Positions 54,276-62,420 of a stretch of 64,000 nt of DNA are shown one piece after another. Numbering within the stretch: position 1 is the stretch's first letter; every line of letters starts with the position of its first letter. The position numbers and the translations under genes were made by a program. This DNA is from an uncultured Synergistales bacterium. GTDB lineage: Bacteria; Synergistota; Synergistia; Synergistales; Aminobacteriaceae. A model generated the notes under the pieces. It was not told where the DNA came from. It saw nothing but the letters and a program-made list of their open reading frames with translations, and ran no database searches. The stretch spans positions 64,357 to 128,356 of the forward strand of contig CAJODZ010000001.1 in NCBI GenBank assembly GCA_905233645.1. The letters run 5' to 3'.

Positions 54276-54303
54276 TTGCATAAAAAAATATACCTGTTAA
54301 AAT
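54276..54303 (+). promoter_or_regulatory. Strong sigma70-type promoter for the iron-uptake operon
   Basis: TTGCAT (54276-54281), a 16-nt spacer, then TGtTAAAAT (hexamer 54298-54303). An AGGAGG RBS sits at 54343-54348. Confidence 0.5.
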
Positions 54304-54402
54304 TTCGCAGTGTTTGATTTATAAAATTTATTTTCAGAATTTAGGAGGCGAGTAAAAATTTTTCTAGCACGTCATAAAAAATATATTCAAGTCTTAATTT
54401 TT

Positions 54403-55756
54403 ATGCTTGCTCTTTTAATAACGCTTGCGCCGGAAAGTTCGGAAGCCGCTAAAAAGAAGAAGCGTTATGAAAATTGGCAGGCCGTAGCTTATGATATGGC
54501 GTTGGAATTTGACGGAGCTATTGAAGGCGTAAAAGCTAATAAGTTTGACGAGGCTTATAAACATGTTAATGACGCTTACTTTGGATATTACGAAGTTCAA
54601 GGCTTTGAAAGGAACGTAATGTACGCAATCTCAGCCGCCCGCGTTAATCATATTGAGGCCGAATTTAGCGATATTAAACACGTCTTATTAGGCAACCAAC
54701 AAAAAAACGAACGCGATTTATTACAGCAAATCGAAGATTTAAAAATTAAAGTCTATAAAGACGCGCTCGTGCTTGACGGTTTAGCTGGCATTGATGACCC
54801 CGACAGCGTAGGCGAAAAATTAAATCGCAAGACCCGATTTTTTAACAGCTAATGCTCAAAATAATGCTCCGGCTAAAACTCAAAAGGCTGAAAATTTACA
54901 AACTCAATCAGAAAGTCCAAAGCCTGCTCCTGTCAGCCGTGATTGGTTAACATTTGTAACGGCATTCGGCTTATTAGTTCGTGAAGGTCTTGAGGCAATA
55001 TTAGTCATCGCGGCAATAGTTGCTTATTTAATCAAGACTGGTAACAAGAATATGCTGAAAGGCGTTTACTTAGGTTCATTTGCGGCGATTTTAGCGAGTG
55101 TTTTATTAGCATGGGCTTTAGATACTTTAATGGGTGAGTCCAGCGGTGTAGCTCGTGAATTATTAGAAGGCTGGACGATGTTTTTAGCGGTTGCTGTTTT
55201 ATTCTATGTCAGTAACTGGATGCTCTCAAAGGCTGATAATATCGCTTGGGAAAATTACATCAGCGGCAAAGTTCAGCAGTCAATCGACAGCAAAAGCCAA
55301 TGGACTTTAATATTTGCGGCGTTCATTGCTGTAATGCGTGAGGGAGCGGAATTGATTTTATTTTACGAAGCTGCTTTCACAGGCGGAATGAATGACCCTG
55401 CTTATATTACATATGGAATTTTGGCAGGCGTAGCTGTTTTAATTGCTGTGTGGGTGTGTTTCAGATATTTCAGCGTCAAACTTCCTTTAAGAGCGTTCTT
55501 CATGTTTACGAGCATATTATTATTTTTGATGTGTATCTCGTTCATGGGCAAAGGCGTTGTCGAATTAACAGAAGCAGACGTTATCACAGGGCGTACAGTT
55601 ATCCCAGCTATGAAAGGTTTTTCGATTGAGATATTAAGCATTTACGACCGCGCTGAAACGTTAATCCCTCAAATCATGTTAGTCATCGCGGCGGTGTGGA
55701 TTATGCTGCCTCATATTTTTAAGCGTAAACCTAAAAGCAATCCCGATAAGAATTAA
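54403..55756 (+). pseudogene. FTR1/EfeU-family iron permease with an N-terminal periplasmic domain; reading frame broken at a T6 run (real frameshift or homopolymer error)
   Basis: ORF 54403-54852 ends at TAA 54850. The next frame is open from 54824 and encodes …DWLTFVTAFGLLVREGLEAILV… and later …AVMREGAELILF…, the two REXXE motifs. This lies upstream of the first ATG at 55052. Removing one T from 54838-54843 joins both parts. Confidence 0.7.
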
Positions 55757-55815
55757 AAATTTCGGGTTGTGAATAAATTATTTTAAATTTTTTAACAGGA
55801 GGCTTTTTAGAAGTC

Positions 55816-56424
55816 ATGAAAAAAATTTTGTTAGCAGTTTGTGTTTTGTCGTTAGTATCAATTTTTGCCGGTGCAGCCGTAGCTGAAACGATAGCCGTAG
55901 CTCCGATATCATTGACTAAACCTGGTGAAGCTGGTTTTGAGGAAATCCCGATTGACGTTGAAAAAGAAGTCGGCCCTTACACAGTCGCAGCAGTTTATTT
56001 CCAGGCCGTTGATATGTATCCTATGGGCAAAAACCCCTCAAAAGAAGATTCCGATATGCATTTAGAGGCTGATATTCATCTTAAAAAATACGAGGCCATG
56101 CTATACGGATTTGGTTCAGGCGATAACATTTGGCCAGCGTATTTAACTGTTAAGTATCAGATTTTAAAAGGCAAAGACGTTATGCGCGAAGGTTCATTCA
56201 TGCCCATGAACGCCGATGATGGCCCTCACTATGGTGCGAACATAGCTAAAGGCTTGCCCGTTGGAAATTATACATTACGTCTTACCATTGAGCCGCCGTC
56301 GGATTATTTATTACACACTGACCCTGAAACAGGCGTTCCGGCGAAAGAGAATGCAAAAGACTTTTTCAAGACTTATACGGTCGAGTTCGATTGGAAATAT
56401 AACGCTGAACAGTTAGCCGAGTAA
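55816..56424 (+). CDS. P19/Tp34-type periplasmic iron (and copper) binding protein
   Basis: The 202-aa product has a signal peptide, and its …DSDMHLEADIHL… and …GPHYGANI… segments resemble the metal-site motifs of Campylobacter P19 / FtrA-type proteins. It sits directly after the FTR1 gene, as in known systems. Confidence 0.8.
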   Translation: MKKILLAVCVLSLVSIFAGAAVAETIAVAPISLTKPGEAGFEEIPIDVEKEVGPYTVAAVYFQAVDMYPMGKNPSKEDSDMHLEADIHLKKYEAMLYGFGSGDNIWPAYLTVKYQILKGKDVMREGSFMPMNADDGPHYGANIAKGLPVGNYTLRLTIEPPSDYLLHTDPETGVPAKENAKDFFKTYTVEFDWKYNAEQLAE

Positions 56425-56465
56425 TTCTTTTTGAAGTCGCTTTAATATTTTTGTGTAATTTTAAT

Positions 56466-56510
56466 TTTACGGGGTGTCAGGCTCAAAAAAGCTTCGCTCC
56501 GTAAATTTTT
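56466..56510 (+). terminator. Possible intra-operon attenuator/terminator after the P19 gene
   Basis: TTTACGGGG…CTCCGTAAA (8 of 9 bp, 22-nt loop) is followed by TTTTT. Confidence 0.35.
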
Positions 56511-56608
56511 GATTTATGAAATTATGAAAGGAGTGTTAAAAAATTCTTAAATATCTTGTTGCAGTAACGGGAAATTTAACGGCGTTTGCGATTTTAGCGG
56601 GCTTAATT

Positions 56609-57799
56609 TTGGGAATGTCATTCTATTTAGACGATAAAGCTAAACGCTGTGTGTATTATTTTTTATTAACCGGATTTATTTGCGGCGTAGTAATCTTTTG
56701 CGTGAGGCTTTACGACCCTAAAGGCATGAATTTAATTTTAATGCGCTTTAACCGTTGGTTAATAGTGAGCATCGCCTGCGCAAGTGTCATAGCGTTTTTA
56801 GGTGTTTTATTATTTTTACGCGAACATAAAAATTTTTATATCCCTCTAGTTTTAAAAGGCGTTTTGATGATTTTAGCATTGAGTTCATTAACTCCGCCGA
56901 TTTTGCAATTTACAAGAGAATTTATATATTTCGGTGAAGCCGGAATAAGCACGAACGCATTATTAAGATTTTCAGGTTTTATATTAGGTGTGAGCTTGAG
57001 CGTTGTAATTTTTTTTGCGGCGTATCAAGTTTTCAAAGCGTTAAATAATTTCAAACAGCGCAAAATATTTTTATCAGCAAGCATTTTAATTTTCGCGTGC
57101 GAATATTTTTGCGCGGCGTTGGGAGCTTTAAACAGATTAAGAATAATTCGGGCGAACGATTTTGTATTTGAAATAATGATTTTTGACAGCAATAACCCGA
57201 ACTTTTTTATTTATGCGCAAGTCGTTTTGATTGTAATCATGTTAATTTTCGTAATAGCAACGCACTTAAAACCGATTGGCGAATTTGCAAACAGAGCGTT
57301 ATTACGAAAAGAGAAAGCGTATTTAAGAGACTGCCGGCGTTGGTCTGTTGGATTATTTATATTTGCAGGCTTGGCCGTATTCATTTTGACTGTATTGCAT
57401 TACTATGACACTAAGCCTCCGGCAGAAGTCCAGCCCGAAAATTATTTACTCGAAAACGATGTTATTAACATTCCTTTAACGCAAGTTTCAGACGGCCATT
57501 TACATAAATTTGATTTTAAAACGCCTAACGGCTTTGATGTTAGATTTTTAATCGTCAAGAAGCCAGCTGGAAATTCTTACGGTGTTGGTTTAGACGCTTG
57601 TGAAATTTGCGGCATAGCTGGTTATTACGAACGCGGTGAAGAAGTTATTTGCAGGCGTTGCGATGTCGTCATGAATAAAAATACGATTGGCTTCAAAGGC
57701 GGCTGCAATCCAATTCCGTTCGAGTATCAAGTTCATGACCAAAAAATTTTTATAAATGTCAATGAGTTAATCAAGCACGAACGCAGATTTAAAAATTAA
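56609..57799 (+). CDS. Polytopic membrane protein with a C-terminal Cys-rich DUF2318-type domain (putative Fe-S/metal-binding); N-terminus probably longer
   Basis: The C-terminal segment CEICGIAGYYERGEEVICRRCDVVMNKNTIGFKGGCNPIPF matches the DUF2318 pattern seen next to P19 genes. The frame is open from 56540 and encodes an additional TM-like segment. Confidence 0.7.
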   Translation: MGMSFYLDDKAKRCVYYFLLTGFICGVVIFCVRLYDPKGMNLILMRFNRWLIVSIACASVIAFLGVLLFLREHKNFYIPLVLKGVLMILALSSLTPPILQFTREFIYFGEAGISTNALLRFSGFILGVSLSVVIFFAAYQVFKALNNFKQRKIFLSASILIFACEYFCAALGALNRLRIIRANDFVFEIMIFDSNNPNFFIYAQVVLIVIMLIFVIATHLKPIGEFANRALLRKEKAYLRDCRRWSVGLFIFAGLAVFILTVLHYYDTKPPAEVQPENYLLENDVINIPLTQVSDGHLHKFDFKTPNGFDVRFLIVKKPAGNSYGVGLDACEICGIAGYYERGEEVICRRCDVVMNKNTIGFKGGCNPIPFEYQVHDQKIFINVNELIKHERRFKN

Positions 57800-57819
57800 G
57801 GGGGGTGTAAGTTTAAAAA

Positions 57820-59115
57820 ATGTTTTCACGCATGATTTTAAAGACGTTAATTAAGCAGAAAAGCAAAATGTTAATGATTGCGTTCACGATAATTTTAGGC
57901 GTTTCGCTTTCAACGGCCATGTTAAACGTAATGCTTGGGGTCGGTGATAAAGTGAACCGCGAATTAAAAATCTACGGCGCAAATATTAACGTTAAACATA
58001 AAGACGCGGCCATTATCAGTGAGTTATACGGTTTGGGCGTTAATGATAAATTTTTATATGAAGACGATATTTTAAAGCTCAAAACGATTTTCTGGGGCTT
58101 TAATATTTTAGACTTCGCACCGATTTTAGAAGGCCGTGTAATTTTGAGCATTCCAGGCACAAATAATACAGGCTCAGAAGTTTTTATAAACGGCACATGG
58201 ATTACTAAACACGCTGTTTTAAGTACGGGCGAAGATTTGAACACCGGCTTAAAAAATTTGCGTACATGGTGGGATATTCAGGGTGAGTGGTTAGACGGTA
58301 ATGATGAGAACGATAAAAATTTTGTCATGGCCGGAAAGAGTTTAGCTGAAAAATTTAATATTCATGTTGGCGACGCAATAAGACTTTCTAAAAACGGCGT
58401 TATAAAAAATTTTGTCATCAAAGGAATTTTTAACGACGGCGGAAATGCTGACGAGATTATTTTAACGGACTTAACTGTTGCGCAAGAGTTATTAAATTTA
58501 AGCGGCAAAATTTCCAGTATTGAGATATCAGCCTTAACGACCCCCGATAACGATTTAGCACGTAAAGCAGCTCAAAACCCTTCAAGTTTATCGCCTGATG
58601 AGTATGAAACATGGTACTGTACAGCGTATGTGAGTGCTATTTGTCATCAAATTCAGGAAGTAATCAGGGACGGTGTTGCTCGCGCAGTAAGACAGGTTGC
58701 AGAAAGTGAAGGGACGATTTTAAACAAGACGACGCTTTTAATGATTTTAATCACGATTTTGAGTTCGATTGGTTCAGCGTTAGCGATTTCAAATTTAATT
58801 ACAGCTAGTGTCATTGAACGCAGTCAAGAGTTAGGCTTATTAAAAGCATTGGGCGCGTTCAACTATCAAATTATATTTTTAGTGTTGAGCGAAATTATTT
58901 TAACGGGTTTGTTCGGCGGCGTTATAGGCTATTTTTTAGGGATTGGCTTTGCTCAGATAATCGGTCAAACAATTTTTAGCGCATATATCGAAATTTCGCA
59001 CATAGTAATTTTAATCACGGGCGCAATTTTATTCTTGGTCATCATAACCGGAAGCATTCCAGCAATTAGATATTTAATGGCGTTGAAACCTACGGAGGTT
59101 CTTCATGGCAAATAA
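57820..59115 (+). CDS. ABC transporter permease, FtsX/MacB-like
   Basis: The 431-aa product has an N-terminal TM helix, a large periplasmic domain and a C-terminal FtsX-type 3-TM bundle (…ERSQELGLLKALGA…). Confidence 0.85.
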   Translation: MFSRMILKTLIKQKSKMLMIAFTIILGVSLSTAMLNVMLGVGDKVNRELKIYGANINVKHKDAAIISELYGLGVNDKFLYEDDILKLKTIFWGFNILDFAPILEGRVILSIPGTNNTGSEVFINGTWITKHAVLSTGEDLNTGLKNLRTWWDIQGEWLDGNDENDKNFVMAGKSLAEKFNIHVGDAIRLSKNGVIKNFVIKGIFNDGGNADEIILTDLTVAQELLNLSGKISSIEISALTTPDNDLARKAAQNPSSLSPDEYETWYCTAYVSAICHQIQEVIRDGVARAVRQVAESEGTILNKTTLLMILITILSSIGSALAISNLITASVIERSQELGLLKALGAFNYQIIFLVLSEIILTGLFGGVIGYFLGIGFAQIIGQTIFSAYIEISHIVILITGAILFLVIITGSIPAIRYLMALKPTEVLHGK

Positions 59116-60298
59116 TAATAAACGCAAAATGTATTTAAGGCTTATCACACGCTCTTTAATCCGCCGTGCGTCGCGTTTAATTACGGCTGTTTTAGCGATA
59201 GCGATAGGGGCAACGATTTTGTCAGGCTTAGTAACGATTTATTATGACATTCCCGAACAATTAGGGCGCGAGTTCAGGTCGTACGGTGCTAATTTAATAA
59301 TTATGCCGTCCGGCGAAAATGGCATTAACGAAAATGATATCAACCGCGTTAAAAATTTAATTGGCCGTGAAAAAATTGTTGGCTTTGCGCCGTATCGTTA
59401 TCAGACTATAAAAATCAATGAACAGCCTTTTTTATTAGCCGGAACGGATTTAGAGCAGGTTAAAAATAACAGTCCGTTCTGGTATATCGAAGGTGATTGG
59501 CAAAATGTCATGATTGGGCGTGAAGTTGCTGAAGTCTTAAATTTAAATTTGGGCGATGATTTCAAAATTCAGGGCGTTAAATTTGGCGGTCAAGCTGAAG
59601 CGTCAAATCAAAATTATTCGGCTGAAGAGAATAAAACGCGCGATTTTGGTTCACAATATTTCAGCGAAAAATTAAACGTTAAAGGAATTATCACGACCGG
59701 CGGAGCAGAAGAAGGATTTATTTTTGCCGATATGAAAATTTTAAATGACTTAATCGAAGATAATTTTAAAGCTGACGTAATCGAATGCAGTATCATCGCA
59801 AACGCTTCAGAATTAGAAAATCTCACTCAACAAATTTCAAAGGCCATGCCGAATTTAGAGCCGCGCGCTGTAAGACGTTTAACTCAATCGCAAGATATAG
59901 TTTTAGGCAAATTAGAAGCGTTAGTTTTGCTCGTAACTGTAATCGTTTTAATAATTACTATGATTTCGGTATATACGACTATGACAGCAATGGTCGCCGA
60001 ACGCAAAAAAGAGATTGCACTCAAAAAAGCTCTTGGAGCTGAGAACAGATTAGTTATGAGTGAGTTATTAGGCGAAGGAATTTTATTAGGCTTTGTCGGC
60101 GGAGCGTTAGGTGTCTTTTTAGGTTATGAATTTGCTTTACGTGTCAGCTTAAATGTTTTTGGGCGCGGAATAAATTTTCAATGGGCTTTAATTCCGGTTA
60201 CGATAATAGTTTTTATAGCAATCACTGTTATAGCGTCAATTATGCCCGTTAGAAAAGTCATGGAAATTCACCCAGCAATAATTTTGAAAGGAGAGTAA
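59105..60298 (+). CDS. ABC transporter permease, FtsX/MacB-like (second copy)
   Basis: The 397-aa product has the same architecture (…ERKKEIALKKALGA…) and overlaps the upstream gene. Confidence 0.85.
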   Translation: MANNNKRKMYLRLITRSLIRRASRLITAVLAIAIGATILSGLVTIYYDIPEQLGREFRSYGANLIIMPSGENGINENDINRVKNLIGREKIVGFAPYRYQTIKINEQPFLLAGTDLEQVKNNSPFWYIEGDWQNVMIGREVAEVLNLNLGDDFKIQGVKFGGQAEASNQNYSAEENKTRDFGSQYFSEKLNVKGIITTGGAEEGFIFADMKILNDLIEDNFKADVIECSIIANASELENLTQQISKAMPNLEPRAVRRLTQSQDIVLGKLEALVLLVTVIVLIITMISVYTTMTAMVAERKKEIALKKALGAENRLVMSELLGEGILLGFVGGALGVFLGYEFALRVSLNVFGRGINFQWALIPVTIIVFIAITVIASIMPVRKVMEIHPAIILKGE

Positions 60299-60307
60299 TT
60301 ATTTAAA

Positions 60308-61006
60308 ATGCCAATTCTTGAATTAAAAAACGTCTCAAAAATTTACGGCTCATTAAAAGCTCTGAACGATATAAATTTAAGCGTTAATGCCGGCGATTGG
60401 TTATCGATTATGGGACCGTCCGGTTCAGGCAAGACAACGATGATAAATATAATTGGCTGCATGGACACGCCTTCAACTGGAAATGTAATTTTAGACGGTG
60501 TAGATATAAGCAAAGAGAGCCAGTCAAATTTAACAAGAATACGCCGCGACAAAATAGGTTTAATATTTCAGCAGTTCCATTTGATAAATTATTTAACGGC
60601 TGTTGAGAATGTTATGTTAGCGCAATACTATCACAGTATGCCCGATGAGCAGGAAGCATTAGAGGCGTTAGAAAAAGTCGGGTTAAAAGAGAGAGCGTAT
60701 CATTTACCAAGTCAATTATCAGGCGGTGAACAGCAAAGAGTTTGTATCGCGCGAGCTTTAATAAATTCGCCGCAGATATTATTAGGAGATGAGCCGACTG
60801 GAAATTTAGACGAAGAGAACGAGAAAGTTGTTGTTGATATTTTCCGGCGTCTGCATTCTGAGGGAGTAACTATAATAATCGTAACTCATGACCCCGAAGT
60901 CGGCGACGTTGCACAACGAAAAATAATTCTCGAACATGGCCGTGTAATTCAAGATATTGACCAGCGTGCTACGTTTGGAGAGGCTTTAAAATTGAAAGGA
61001 GCGTAA
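60308..61006 (+). CDS. ABC transporter ATP-binding protein (MacB/LolD-type)
   Basis: It has Walker A (GPSGSGKTT), the signature LSGGEQQR and Walker B (ILLGDEPTGNLD). Confidence 0.92.
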   Translation: MPILELKNVSKIYGSLKALNDINLSVNAGDWLSIMGPSGSGKTTMINIIGCMDTPSTGNVILDGVDISKESQSNLTRIRRDKIGLIFQQFHLINYLTAVENVMLAQYYHSMPDEQEALEALEKVGLKERAYHLPSQLSGGEQQRVCIARALINSPQILLGDEPTGNLDEENEKVVVDIFRRLHSEGVTIIIVTHDPEVGDVAQRKIILEHGRVIQDIDQRATFGEALKLKGA

Positions 61007-61014
61007 TTTAAATC

Positions 61015-61422
61015 ATGAAAAAACTTTTTATAATCGTGTTAATAATTTTGAGCTTAAGCGTTTATTTTTTTGCTACAGATGAAAAGCTTGAATATAAAAA
61101 CGGTGTTTACAGTGCCAGTTCGACAGATGCTTACGGTGAGACAAAAGTAACGCTCGAATTTAAAGACGGCAAAATTATAAAATGCGAATTACTTGCTTAT
61201 GACCAAGACGGCAAATTGAAAGACGAAAATTACGGCAAAGACAGCGGAGCAAAAAATTACGAGCTTGCACAAATTTCGTTAAAAGGTTTTTCGCAGTATC
61301 CAGAATTATTATTAAAGACGCAGAACATTGATGAAGTCGACGCTATTTCAGGAGCAACCGGAACATTTTTGCAATTTAAAGAGCTTGTAAAAAATTTAAT
61401 GCGTACAGCTTCGGGGCATTAA
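61015..61422 (+). CDS. Extracytoplasmic FMN-binding domain protein (flavinylation motif present)
   Basis: The 135-aa product has a signal/anchor, and …VDAISGATGT… matches the D-x-x-SGAT covalent-FMN attachment motif of FMN_bind domains. Confidence 0.8.
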   Translation: MKKLFIIVLIILSLSVYFFATDEKLEYKNGVYSASSTDAYGETKVTLEFKDGKIIKCELLAYDQDGKLKDENYGKDSGAKNYELAQISLKGFSQYPELLLKTQNIDEVDAISGATGTFLQFKELVKNLMRTASGH

Positions 61423-61519
61423 AAAATTTAACACTTTGTTTCAAAAAGCATGTGTTAAAAAATCTTGCGGCAAATAATTTTATAAAAGCTTTTTTGTAGT
61501 GGTAAACGTAGTTGCAAAA
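61421..61519 (+). repeat. Intergenic ~100-nt dispersed repeat, copy 7 (forward orientation); its A-run overlaps the preceding stop codon
   Basis: AAAAAATTTAACACTTTGTTTCAAAAAGCATGTGTTAAAAAATCTTGCGGCAAATAATTTTATAAAAGCTTTTTTGTAGTGGTAAACGTAGTTGCAAAAT. Confidence 0.9.
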
Positions 61520-61680
61520 TTGAATATTATTTTTAATTTTTGGGGAAGAATTTTTTTAGCTAAATAATTATATCAGGAATATAAAAATCATCAGCACGTT
61601 ATAAAAAAATTTCTTGTTAAAATTTTAGCGTGCTGATTTTTTATGTGAAAAATTTTTTGCAAAGAAGGTGTTTTTAAAAA

Positions 61681-62325
61681 ATGCTTACAGCGCGAATTGA
61701 AGATTATCTCGAAGAATTATTTTTACTCGAAAGTACGGGGCGCGAATTAACTGTAACAGAGATGGCCGACCGTTTAAAAATCACAAAAGGTACAGTAACA
61801 GCGACCGTTCAAAAATTAGTTGAGCTTGGTTTAGCTGAACACGAACGTTATGGAAATTTGCATTTAACAGACGCAGGCCGTAGAAAAGGGATGACGGTAT
61901 TTAGACGGCACGAGGGCTTTCGTTCATTTTTTCACGAGATGTTAGGTTTAGACCGCGAAAAATCATCAGATATGGCGTGCTCAATGGAACATTATGTTGA
62001 CAATATCACTGAAGACAGATTGTACGCATTGCTTGAATTTTTCAGGAAGGCCAGAGCAGAACATCAGCAACCTCAACTAATTTTGCCAGTACCATTAACA
62101 TTATGTGAAATCGGAGCAGGCGGAGAAATTTTGCGTTTAACAGCGGACGAGCCGTTAAGAAAGATTTTAATTGCTAAAGGTTTCAAGCCCGGCAATTATT
62201 TAAATTTATTCGACGCGAAATATGATTTATATGTTATTGACCTTGAGACTGCTGATAAAGATAAAAAACGCTGCGATTTAAAAATCAATGAGGCCGCAAC
62301 TGTTTGGATACAACAAATTAAATAG
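61681..62325 (+). CDS. DtxR/MntR-family metal-dependent transcriptional regulator with a C-terminal FeoA-like domain
   Basis: The N-terminus (RIEDYLEELFLLE…VTEMADRLKITKGTVTATVQKL) is a DtxR-type wHTH. Metal-site and dimerisation helices follow, then a C-terminal SH3-like segment. Confidence 0.85.
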   Translation: MLTARIEDYLEELFLLESTGRELTVTEMADRLKITKGTVTATVQKLVELGLAEHERYGNLHLTDAGRRKGMTVFRRHEGFRSFFHEMLGLDREKSSDMACSMEHYVDNITEDRLYALLEFFRKARAEHQQPQLILPVPLTLCEIGAGGEILRLTADEPLRKILIAKGFKPGNYLNLFDAKYDLYVIDLETADKDKKRCDLKINEAATVWIQQIK

Positions 62326-62336
62326 CGTATTTAAAT

Positions 62337-62366
62337 GTCCCTCTGCTATTTGTGGAGGGACTTTTT
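62337..62366 (+). terminator. Rho-independent terminator after the DtxR-family gene
   Basis: GTCCCTC-TGCTATTTGTG-GAGGGAC followed by TTTTT. Confidence 0.75.
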
Positions 62367-62420
62367 AATATGTATATGTTAAAATTCCCATGTTTTAAAA
62401 ATCAAAAGGAGGTTGACCTC

